A model generated the notes under the pieces. It had not been told where the DNA came from, made no database searches, and saw only the letters and a list, made by a program, of their open reading frames with translations. The position numbers and the translations under genes were made by a program. From NCBI RefSeq assembly GCF_001194135.2, contig NC_068983.1:85089181-85153180 (forward strand): 64,000 bases of DNA. The letters are read 5' to 3'. Every line of letters starts with the position of its first letter. The first letter of the stretch is position 1. Below, piece after piece: positions 25,850 to 37,374 of this stretch. The stretch comes from Octopus bimaculoides (Eukaryota).

Positions 25850-26389
25850 CATCATGATCACTATGATCATTTGAATGTTGCTTTTCCATGCTTGTATGGA
25901 TCAAAGGGAATCTGTTGAGGTGGATCTTTTACAGCCAGATGCCCTTCCTTGTCTGTTTCCAAGTGAAGTAATAATTCTCCTTGGTTGGACATGTTTTCAT
26001 GGAAGACTGGAAATGAAAGGCACTGCTTGTATGAGAGACAACTAGCATGTGATGTCGAGATAAGCATGCACACATACATATATGACAAGCTTCTTACAGT
26101 TTCCATCTACCAGTTCCACTCACAAGGCTTTGATCAACCTATAGCTATAGTAGAAGACACATGTCTAAGGTGCTGTGAAGTGGAGCAAAACCTAAAACAA
26201 TATGATTAGGAAGTAAACTTTTTAACCCTTCAGCATTCAGACTACTCTGTCAAATGTAATGCTTATTGATTCACATTGTTTTAAATTAATTATGCATTAT
26301 CTTGTCACTTCGAGATTTTGATGATGTGATACTTTATTTTTAAAATGTCATTGTAGAGTAGGTGTGAGGAGCTGAATGTGGTCAGTTTG
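25850..26389 (-). repeat. Right arm of 540-bp inverted duplication (MED15 intron 1)
   Basis: Manual alignment: identical to the left arm over 21090-21364, with substitutions and indels only in the flanks. Confidence 0.97.
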
Positions 26390-27572
26390 ACCACAAAACA
26401 GAATATTTGGGCTTGATATGGCCAGTTTGAATGCTAAATGGTTAACATAGCTATGCCTGTTAAAATCAACAAAAAAAAAGGGAAAAAGATAATGGTTATG
26501 GCTAGAATACTTTTTGTCACAAATCTACTCAGTGGAGGTTGACTAAACATTAGACAAGTACAGCATGCAAACTCTCACTCTGGATTATATTCTATTGCAA
26601 AAAAGTGCCATTTTTCTTTATTCATATACATTTTCCCCTCTGTTAAATTGTTCTTATTTTCTTTATCAATTTCTTCTCGATAGCCTCCATTCCTCCGTAC
26701 TTGTCATAAATTCATTTCATACAATTGCTTTTACCTTTCCTGATTTTTCACTTTTAGTTAGTGAACTGAGTCCATGTTAGGACACTTCCATTGTCTAATC
26801 CTCATTGCCTAACCCTCTCTTCTGGAACTGCATCTCTTGAATTCCCTTCCTATTCATGCTTTTACTTGAACATGTCTACCCAGCCTGCAAGATTTGTAAT
26901 TGAACATTCAATGCATTTAACTCCAACCTCTTATCATGTTCTCTCGATCTTGAGAGGAGGGTTAAAAAGATGATGTACACCTGTTATTCAGACAGATTAT
27001 ATAGTATGTGGTATAGCATTTTGTTTACATTCAATGTTGCTCAGTTGTATCTACTAGTGGCATGAATTTTAGTTTAGATGTATTAACATGATCTACTACA
27101 ATTTATTTGGTTTTAACATATAGATACAGTTAGTTCATTGTTCATACATTGCAGTGTATTTCTAAAGATTACACAGCATCATTTTAATCCATTTGAATCT
27201 GTGTTATTCTGCTTCACTTTGCCACCAAACTGCTACCATTTTTCCCAGACACTGCTGTTCTTGATCTACTGCTACAATATAACTCAGTTTAATTATGGAG
27301 ACTCTATATGGTTGTTCCACTTGCTAGAAGCAGCAGCTAAATCTTTAAATTACACATCATGATTTTAGAGAAAGACCCATTAAATAAGATGTTTTAAATT
27401 CTTATAACTGTTGCAGAAAGTATTTTTAAATGTTTCAATAATGCATCTACTCTTAAGTGTACCTGCACAACAAAAAGGTATTGGTTACATCAGTTCTTTG
27501 ATGTAACCTTCTTTCTGTTTAATCTTGAATTTTAAAACAAAAAAGTTTGATCAGCTATGTCTTCTATTTCAG

Positions 27573-27660
27573 TGAAAATGCCTTGAAGCAATCTGGAACT
27601 AAAATTCCTAAATCCAGTGTGGAAATGGAAAATCATTTACATCAAAAGGCCAAAACTAAG
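27573..27660 (+). CDS. MED15: MED15 coding exon 2 (KIX)
   Basis: ttctatttcag|T GAA...AAG|GTAGGT, 88 nt. Encodes (I)ENALKQSGTKIPKSSVEMENHLHQKAKTK, compare human EDAMRKAGVAHSKSSKDMESHVFLKAKTR. Confidence 0.93.
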
Positions 27661-29441
27661 GTAGGTGAAGTAGTTTGGAATTTTGAGTCTTAATTTGTGA
27701 AATTTGAATTAAAAGTTTTATACCATTTCAAAATGTTGACATTCTCTTATTGTAAGGATCTTTATAAAGAAATAAATACTTTGTCTTTAAAAGAAGATAT
27801 GTTAATACACAATCTAATACAAGCTGTAAATTTGTAGAATACACTTCAGCAAATGGAATTAATAATTAGTGCACCAAATGCAGTTATGTGATTATACTGT
27901 GAGCATTTATATAGTAAACAGTGTAAACAGCTAAGTTTTTAAGATTTTGAAATGCGGTAAAGGACTGAAGCCAACATAAAAATTTTCCTGTTATGATGGG
28001 CTAATGAGAGAGGATTGTTGTTAAGAAGTTCCAATCAACACATCTTGAGCAGACCTGTTTCATCAGATGATAGTCTAGTAAATGTATAGGCCTTACTGTA
28101 TGGTATTTAGGAACCACCTTCACCTCATGCCTGCACAAAAAGACCATAATGATTGTACTACAGGTGATTAGAGAGAGAGACACTTCTTTGTCATCAAAAA
28201 TATAGTCTATATGATGCTTGTGGAAGAGTTAAGTAGTGGTTGCCTAGTAGGGCTGGAGTCCACATTGACTGGATGAAGTTTACAGACTAATTCTAATTGT
28301 AACAAAAATAAACATTATTCTTACCTAAATTTGACATTAGTTGATAATAGATCCATTTTCTGAAATAATTTTAAGGTTTTCTTCAATCTTGCAATGATAA
28401 AGGTAGACTATGTGATTTATGTTTCTGAACAGTAATGTTGCATGCCATTGAAATGCTAGTAAAGGAGGGGGAAAAGTATTCCTATGGAGAGGAGTCTTTT
28501 CTGTGAATCGTAAAGATAGGGTTAAATGTTGTTGTATGTTATAAATCAGAAATGGGTACTACATATAAAAGATGGTTTGTACTGTGATGAAAGTGGATGT
28601 TGAGGTAAATTTCTTACACATGATAACTAAGACAAGTAAATCAAAGAAGATATGGAACTACATTTTGATGTAATCTGAGAAAAATTAAAACTAACTATAG
28701 GATTAGCAAATATGTGACACTGCATGGCTACCAAACCAATATTAGAATGAACAACTGACAAGAGGGGTTAAGTAAAAATCAGTAGTTATATGGAATGTTT
28801 ACCATCTTACTTTGCTTTCTACATATTTGAAATGACTCGGTGACATTATTTTCATATTTTTATTTGTTTCTATGAGAGTAAAATAGCTGAATAGATTATA
28901 ATGTCCAACCAACAGCTTTTAAGTTGTTAATTTTTCTCTCCAGTGATGTTTTAGGCAAATTATTTACCTCTGCTTATCTCAGCTTATGTACCGGGTCTTT
29001 AGGTTAAAATTTTTGGTGATAAAATAGTTCCCTATTTAAAGAGAACTCTTCTCTTAAACCTTTCGCATTTAATCTGGCCAAACTATTCTACTTGTTTTAT
29101 GTTAAAACTGATCAGATCTAGCCTCTCACACCTACTCTATAATGTCATTCTGAAAATACACAAACTCACCACTGAAATCTGAAAGCTATGAGATAATGCA
29201 TGATTAATTGAAAACAATGTGAATAAATAAACTTTACATTTGACAGTAATCTGAATGCTAAAGGGTTAGTGTTATAGAAAATAGAGGTCATTTAGAACTC
29301 TAGTTTGCAAATATTTACATTATTTCTGCTTATAAATAATGTTTTCTCTAATAGAAAACAAATGTTCAGTTATGGAAATCAATGTAAATGGCTATGTTTG
29401 AAGCTACAACTCAACATATCATTTATATCTTCTATTCATAT

Positions 29442-29446
<5 letters not shown>

Positions 29447-29507
<61 letters not shown>
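29447..29507. repeat. (TA)n microsatellite
   Basis: Directly visible. Confidence 0.97.
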
Positions 29508-29509
<2 letters not shown>

Positions 29510-29868
29510 CATACAAAAATAAGAGGGATGACCAGCATCTCTTATTTTTGTATGTAATATAATTTTAATCTTCGGATTTTTTTAATATGCTAGACCACTG
29601 GTTCAAATTGATTAATATCCATTTCTACTCTCATAAATAAATTTATATATATATATATATATATTTATATTTTGGAGAGATATATTATCCAGGCAGATAC
29701 TATATTAGTTCTCATTTTGGTTCCAGTTAACAGCTAACCACAATGATCAGTGTTTAACATCTGTGACTACAATTCGTTGTTAGTCATTCCATGAATTCTT
29801 CCGAAGGGTAATTCCATGTACACTTCACTGGATGGTAATAATTGTCTGGAGCATATATATAATGTTAA

Positions 29869-30109
29869 AATAATAAAGAGTATGGAGACTTGTTCTTCCA
29901 CAAAATTTATTTTATAGTTATATACAGCTTATTATAATGACCTACACATGTTTCCACTGCGACTTCTCACTGTTGCAAATGCAACCTTGCAATATTGTGG
30001 TTGCAGCTTCACTAGGGTCCATCCATTTGGTCATCCTCAACGTGAACTGATTGTATATAACTATAAATTAAATTTTGTGGATGTACAAGTCTCCATACTC
30101 TTTATTATT
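29869..30109 (-). repeat. 240-bp palindromic element with 58-bp inverted ends and a degenerate hammerhead-like core
   Basis: 29869-29926 vs 30052-30109 match at 55/58. The interior (minus strand, 30019 to 29939) reads GACC-CTAGTGA-AGCTGC...GCAGTG-GAAAC-ATGT-GTA-GGTC. Confidence 0.7.
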
Positions 30110-30736
30110 AATGATAATTATTTATAGATATGTGTGTTGTGTAATCTGCTCCAAGAAAGTACAAAACCATTCCATATACATAAATATGTAGGTGCAGGTG
30201 TGGCAGTGCGGTAGGAAATTTCCTTATCAACCACATGGTTCTGGGTTTGGCCTCACTATGGCACTTTGGGCAAGTGTCTTCTACAATAGCCCTGAGTTGA
30301 CTAAAGCCTGCCTGCATGCATACACACATATATACAAACAAACAAACAAACAAAGTGTATGTTAGTCTTGACACCATGTAATAGTTGTCAAATGATAACC
30401 AGTCATGTAAGAAGTATCATTAATTTTCAGTATTCTGCAAAAAACATTTCTGGCCATGGGGAAATATTACCTTGCTTGATAGCAGGTGATGGTGGGTGAC
30501 AGGAAGGGCAACCAACTGTAGAAATCTAGCTGAATAAACTCCAGCCAACTTATGCATGCATGAAAAAAATGATGGTGATGATATTGCCATCAGCTGTCTT
30601 TTCTTGGTCAATTAGTTGATAATCCACAGCTCGGGGAATTACTGTGGTGGTTATTGAAGCATCTTGATAGAATTTAATAAACTTTGACATAATCTCTATG
30701 TGCTTCATTTATTGATGCCTGCTATTTTATTTACAG

Positions 30737-30788
30737 GAGGAATATTTGGATCTTTTATCCAAGTTAATTATCCATGTGTCTGAAATTT
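30737..30788 (+). CDS. MED15: MED15 coding exon 3 (KIX)
   Basis: ttttatttacag|GAG...ATT T|GTAAGT, 52 nt. Encodes EEYLDLLSKLIIHVSEI, compare human DEYLSLVARLIIHFRDI. Confidence 0.93.
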
Positions 30789-31039
30789 GTAAGTTACTAT
30801 TTTTCAATCTATTATTTTAACGTTTATGCCCAAACCATGACAACCACAAATACAATGGAAGACACTTATTACATATGCAGGACTAACACTTATTATAGTA
30901 GTGAGATGGCAACATCTGGCCATTTGTGAGAAATCCTTAACCATCATATAACAACAATTGCACATCTTTCTTCCTTTAAGAAATAGAAAACATACACCAA
31001 AAACCTCATCCACCACTAGAAATTTCTCTCTTCTTTTCA

Positions 31040-33660
31040 ACTACAAATTTATGAGCTGCCACTATCAATGTTGACTCAATGAAAGACAGGCCTGGAGAGC
31101 TTGTAGAAATGCTTGAGCTGATGGGGTAGTAGTGATCTGTATACAAGAGGTAAGGTGGAGAGCAGCTACAACCCCACTTCTTTTGGATAGGGAATATATG
31201 ATCAAATGCTTCTGGATGGGTAACTGTGCTGAGGTTGGGAGAATTGGCATAGAATTGGACAGTTAAAGTAACTGAGATCTTCAAAATATGTGACAAAATA
31301 ATTTAGCTACAACAAATCATAGGCAACATGACAAGAATTCCCTATGCATATGCACCACAGTCACGTCTGACTGACAAGTATATGATCTGTTTCTCTAAGG
31401 CTTTCTTGCAGATTATCTCAGTAATAAATTATTGGAAACTCATTTTTACAGCTGGTGACTTTAGTGGACATGTTGAGGCAACATAGTTATTCTGGCCTAC
31501 ACAAGCCTATAGATATGATGCAAAGAATTAGAAAGGAACATGGCTATTTGAGTTCTATGATGCAAATGACCTAACTGTTTGCGATGCCAACTTCAGAAAA
31601 TCAACCAGCCACCTGATCCCTTATAACTCAGTTTAAGCACACAAGCATACATACCAAGAAATAGAGTTGACAACAACCAGTTGTATGTTCAAAGAAATGT
31701 GAATTAACACGTATGATAAGGAGGAAAAGATAGATACTTATAAAACAGAGAGTCAGCCTACAGCAAGTCACAGCCTGATCAGTAGCTGGAGCAAGTTTCC
31801 AGCCAGATGGAAAGTGATATGGTGGTGGAAACGATACAAGAGGCAGAGACAAGAAAAACAGCTGAGAAAATATTGGAAGAAAGGAAGAGACAAGGAATTA
31901 TATCAAATAGCTAGAAGGGAAGCTACATGCCATATATACATAGCAATGAGAGAAGCTGAAAGTAAGAGGTTTACCAAGTTTTGCAGCAAGAAGATAGAAG
32001 ATGTGGCAAAATTACAATTACAAAGCAAATCAAGATATCATTGGGAAATGTGTTTGAAATGCTAGCATTTCACTTGCTCTCACTGATGTTGAGAAGTGAA
32101 GAAAATCATAGAAATGAGAGGTTGCTGAATATGGAGAATGCATAGATAAAAGAGAAGGTCTAGTAGAACCGAGAGAGGGATCAGCTATTGAAGTTTTGAC
32201 AACTGTATGGTTGAAAGTGCTATTTAGAATATGAAGGCAAGGAAAGCAACTGAACATAAATATAGTCACTGAGATAGTGAAAATATTTGGGGATGTAGAG
32301 CACATGCTCATCACTAATATAGTCAGTCATGTAGTACAAGGTGTTCTACTTAATGACCATTGTCCTCATCAACTTCTACAAGAGAAAAGGAGATATTTTG
32401 GAAAAGAAGTGACCATAAAACCATCAAAATTGATAAATCTGATTAGTGAGAAAATTAGGTTAGATGAGATGCACTTTAGGTTTGTACCAGGATAAGGTAC
32501 AATTTGTGCCCTTTTCCTTGTTACACAAATACAGGGTGAGTTCTTAGATAAGAGTAATCCATTACACTTAACATTCATCTACTTGGAAAAAGCTTTGACA
32601 GAGTACCATGCTCTGTAGATTGGTGGTTACTAAGAAAACTAGATGTAAGTGAATAGCTTGTGAAAGGTGGGCAAACCATGTATAGAGACTGTCAGTAAAG
32701 AGAGAGTTAGCAATGCATACAGCAAGGAATTTGATGTATAAGTAGGTGTCATCTTTATATGCACTATAATCGTGACTGGAAATATTCTCTGGCCAAATAC
32801 ATGCTCAAAGAAATCCTAGTTGAATAAAAGAGTAGAAATTTATAACATACAGGACAACTGAAGATTTCTCCAAGGCAGTCTGCTGTAAGCCATATACCCT
32901 TCTGCTTATTTCAGTTCTTTGGGTTATAACTGAGAATATAAGGCTAGTTTTCAAACAAAAAAAAAGAAATCTTATTCAAATGACATAGCTCTCAAAGAAT
33001 TAGAGAAACAATTCCAAATGTGGAAGCAAAAGTTAGAACCAGGAGATTTTTAAGTAAAACCCTATCAGAGAGAAGAAAGAACTCTATAACCATCAGGGTG
33101 GTAGCTATGCTCAGTATGTTAGAAAGGAGTATGTAGGAACTCTGTACTGTATACTGAAGTAAACTCTGATTGTACAAGAGATTCTGTGGGATCATAAGAA
33201 GGCTGACAGAGAAGGAATACATCTGTAGTAAATGCACAGAAGTTGTTAGCAGAAAGAATAGAAAATTTTCAGCTGCTGGGAAAGCTATAATTGATTGCTT
33301 CTGTTACTTAGGTAATCTAAATAGCAGTGAGGTTAAGTGTTCCATAAGTATAGTAACCAAAGTAAAAATTGGGTGGAAAAAGTAAGGGTGTTATTACTTC
33401 TGCTAGCCACAAAGAGATTCTCTTTCCAGGTGAAAGCTAGATTGTATAATGCTTTTGTGCAAAGTTGTGTGTTATGTGGTAGTAGGGCATGGGACCTTGC
33501 TGAATATTGTAGAGGAGAAACAAAGGCTGGAAAAAACCTATGGAAGAGAAAGATATGTGAAGAAGAGACGAAAGCCGATTTCAAGAGGCTGAGCCTCACA
33601 AAGGAGTTACACAGTGCTAAAATAGACCTATCCAACCCTTGCAAGCATGATAAAGACTAA
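31040..33660 (+). mobile_element. Heavily decayed RTE-like LINE (EN, RT and C-terminal remnants) in MED15 intron 3
   Basis: Remnants MKDRPGELVEML..IQEVRW, SEKIRLDEMHFRFVPG, YICSKC and FSFQVKARLYNAFVQSCVLCGSRAW; same family as 61770-62960. Confidence 0.8.
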
Positions 33661-35724
33661 AAATTAGAAGTGGCAAAAGGAAAAACTTGTTTTTGATTCT
33701 TTTGGGATATTGACAAAATAAATATTGGATGTATACAAACAGAAATTAGAAAATAGAATCATACCGTTTAGTTTAAAGATTTATAAGAGAACAGTGTGAA
33801 TTTAGGATTTAGGACAAATAAACATTTTGTAATATTAGTTTAATGCTTGTATTTAGAGAAATAGAGTTCACTGTAAAAGTGTAGTGGAGATCTGGAGAAG
33901 ATATGTCAAATCCCATTCGTTTTAGAATTTGCAGTCTCTTGAAATTTCTTCAATGGCTTCAAACTTTACTTATGTTACTTGTATTTGATATTTCAATAAT
34001 AATAATATACAAAATGTATACAATGTAAGGTAGATAACTGAAGTAACAGCTTTATTTTATGTTGACAACGAATTATCTTTTGATATGGAATTAAAATAAT
34101 ATTAAACATTTTTTCAATAAGTCAATGAAATAAGGACTAAATTGAAACCCATGTGAGTTGATGAGTGGAAATAATTTAATGGACTGTCTTGCTGAAGACA
34201 ATGTATGGGTGTTCATCTTTTGCTGAATGACCTTCACAAATGATTTGTTTATAGTGATCAAATATATGTGCTGTACATTAGCTCACTCTTTCTGTCAAAT
34301 TGATGTTACCTGAACAGGTGCATGGTTACCACACATCAGGTGTCGAAGTGATCACAGAGTAACATGAAATGAAGTGTTTTACTCAAAAACACAATGCACC
34401 ACCCAGTCTAGGAATTGAAATCATGATCTTGTGATTGTGAGTGCTCATCCCTAACCACTAGGCCATGCAACCTCATATTGATATAATTATTATATTTAAT
34501 GATTCAAGAATAGGAAAGACATAGTGTGTAATATAGTACTGCAGGGTGTTATAGAAAATAGTATGTTTGATGTAGTAAGTATAATAGTAGGGATAATAAA
34601 TTTATATAAGAAGTGCTGATCTCTCAAAGTAGATGGAACACATGGAAATGGGAGACCCAGGAAGACATGAGAAAAAGTACTGAAGAATGACCTCAGGATG
34701 CTGAATCTTTCAAGCGAGATGACAAAGGACTGAGATGCCTGGTGCCTTGCTGTACTCAAGAAGACCCATACTCCACAGCAGAAGTGTTAAGACCAGTCCT
34801 TCTGGGAATCTAAATCACTCATGACGGTGCCATGCAAAAGTGCCTGTGCAGTGCCACATAAAAGCACCCAACACACACTGTAAAGTGGTTGGTGTTAAGA
34901 AGGGCATCCAGCCACAGAAAACACACCAAATCAGACTGGAGTCTGGTGCATCTCCCCAGCTTGTCAGCTCTTGTCAAACCATCCAACCCATGCCAGCATG
35001 GACAATGGACATTAAGATGATGATGATGATGGTTTAATGGTTCAAGAAAGGGGAAGTGTTTAATATTAAGTAAGACAAGGTATTATGGAAAATAGTATGA
35101 TTTATGTGTAAGTGTAATTGTGATGTATGTTGTTTGGAATAACTATTTTCTATACAACAAAGAGACTATTTCAAGATCTTAAAATGGACAAATTGCTGCT
35201 AAGCATTGTCTGAATGGCCTTCTACATGTGTTACAAAGATATTTTACAACATAAGAAGAAACAAAAGTTATCATTTTAAAGAAATCATGGATTTGGTAGA
35301 CGGAAACTGAAGCCTGTTGTATATATTTATTTGGGAGTAAAATCATTTCCCGTTCTAGTGAACTCGGATAGAATTTGCTTATGATTTTATATAGTCCTAT
35401 TTCAGCCATGAAACATGTGTAGTCTATGTACTAGCACTAACTTTTTACATTTATACTTCCATACTGTATATTATTGTATTAATTTTTACTGTCCAATTTA
35501 TAAATTTGACTTTTATATTTTTTAAATTAATATTTCTATGATTTATATATGTAATATGTTATTTAATTAAAATTTTTAGATTAAAATATTAGATATATTA
35601 AGATGGTATATGCCTCACAGCATGGATTTGGACGGGTTCTGAGTTGTAGAGTGGTGGTTCGTCTGTAAATTAGTTATATATATATGTGTGTGTGTGTGTG
35701 TGTATTTGTGTTTGNNNNNNNNNN

Positions 35725-35902
35725 GTTTGTGTTTGTCCCCTCCAATATTGGTGTGTTTACATCCCCGTAACTTAGCAGTTTGGCAAAAGAGACTGATAGA
35801 ATAAGTACTAGGCTTACAAAGAATAAGTCCTGGGGTTGGTTTGTTTGACTAAAGGCAGTGCTCCAGCATGGCTGCAGTCAAATAACTGAAGCAAGCAAAA
35901 GA
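35725..35902 (+). mobile_element. SINE/MITE family B (...GTGTGTTTACATCCCCGTAACTTAGCAGTTTGGCAAAAGAG...); copies about 13220-13392 (+), 44045-44240 (-), 49400-49540 (+)
   Basis: Recurrent shared sequence ending ...CCAGCATGGCTGCAGTCAAATAACTGAAGCAAG. Confidence 0.7.
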
Positions 35903-36599
35903 ATACACACACACACACACACACACATACACACACACACACACACACACTTTTCAGCTGTCTACATCTCTAGCTGGATACATATTCAAATTTAAATCAA
36001 AGGGAGTCAAATTTAGAATCAACGTGGTGCCTCCCTACCAACCATCTGAGTGCTAATGAAGGCTTTGCCTGCTTGAGGCCATTGCCATTATTACAGCTGA
36101 TAGCCCATTCATGCTCAATAAATGTAATGGACTGGTAGTTAATTGCAGACACCGCTTGAAGTACTTCCTTAACACCTATTTGGGATGCTGACATTCTCCC
36201 CCACCTCACACTCCACCCCCATCTATGTATCCCATAACTTCCATACAACTGGGGTTTATCGATGCACTATATTACTATGACATATCATCATGCTTGTTAT
36301 TATTGGTGTTTTTGTTGTATGTATTATAACTACTTTGCTGCTCCTCCTAATATCATCATCACCATCATCATCTAGCATTTGCTTTCCATGCTGGCATGGG
36401 TTAGATGGTTTGATTGGAGCTGGTAAGCCTTAGAGTTGCACCAAGTTCGTCTGCTTTAACATGGTTTCTGCAACTGGATGCCCTTTCTAATGCCAACACT
36501 CCAAGAGTGCAATGGTTGCATTTATATGCCAGTTACATGACACCAGCATCAGCCACGACTACGATTTCACTTGGTTTGACAAGTCTTTTCAAGCACGGC

Positions 36600-36860
36600 A
36601 TATCACCATAGGTCTTGGTCACTTGTCATTGCCTCCGTGAGGCCCAATGTTCTTAGACCATGCTTCCCCACTTCATCCTGTATCTTCCTGGGTCTACCTC
36701 TTCCACAAGTTCCCTCAACAGTTAGGGTGTGGCACTTTTTCACACAGCTGTCCTCATCCATTCTTGCCACATGACCATACCATTGCAATCGTGTCTCTTG
36801 CACCCCATATACTGCGTTAATATTCCTCACACTTTCCATTGTGTTGCCTTTATTGAACTC
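36600..36860 (-). mobile_element. RTE LINE 3' end fragment; opposite-orientation copy at 44260-44588 (+)
   Basis: RLQWYGHVARMDEDSCVKKCHTLTVEGTCGRGRPRK here, and RLCWYGHVVRMDEDSCVKKCHTLTVEGTRGRGRPRKTW at 44.3-44.6 kb. (CAT)n-tailed derivatives are scattered throughout the window. Confidence 0.85.
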
Positions 36861-37103
36861 CTAAAGCAAAATATGCTGAATATGCTCCTTTGCCACTTCC
36901 ATTATACTTTTGAAAAAATAACTGTTAAAAGTGAACTACACTCTTCATAACTTGCACTAAGAATAAGGACAAGGTACAATTACTACCTGCTTTTATAACA
37001 AGTTGATGCAGGTGGTTTATCCTGTCCCACTTCGACTTTTAGTTCATGCAATTGAAAAAAAAAATGCATTATTTATGGGATTACCCAATATATATATATA
37101 TAT

Positions 37104-37374
37104 CAATAGTTCCCAAACCTCTTCAGACTGTTACCCCCTTGGCATCCAGGCCACATTCCTACTGTCGCCTCCCCGTCCCCACCACAGATATGAACCACTT
37201 TCTACAGCAAATTCAAAACATCTGTGTTTCACAAATAAAATTTAAACCTAATTAACCTGTTTTTTTTTTTTTTTTATATCTATCGCCCCATTATCATCCC
37301 ACTTTTCTTCAACACCCCTCTGGATCTTTCCACTGCCCCCAAGGGGACAGTACTGCCCACTTTGGGAACCACTG
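37104..37374. mobile_element. hAT-type MITE (CAGTGGTTCCCAAA-type TIRs)
   Basis: CAATAGTTCCCAAA...TTTGGGAACCACTG flanked by ATATATAT on both sides (8-bp TSD, low complexity). A related copy lies in the opposite orientation at 39682-39941. Confidence 0.75.
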
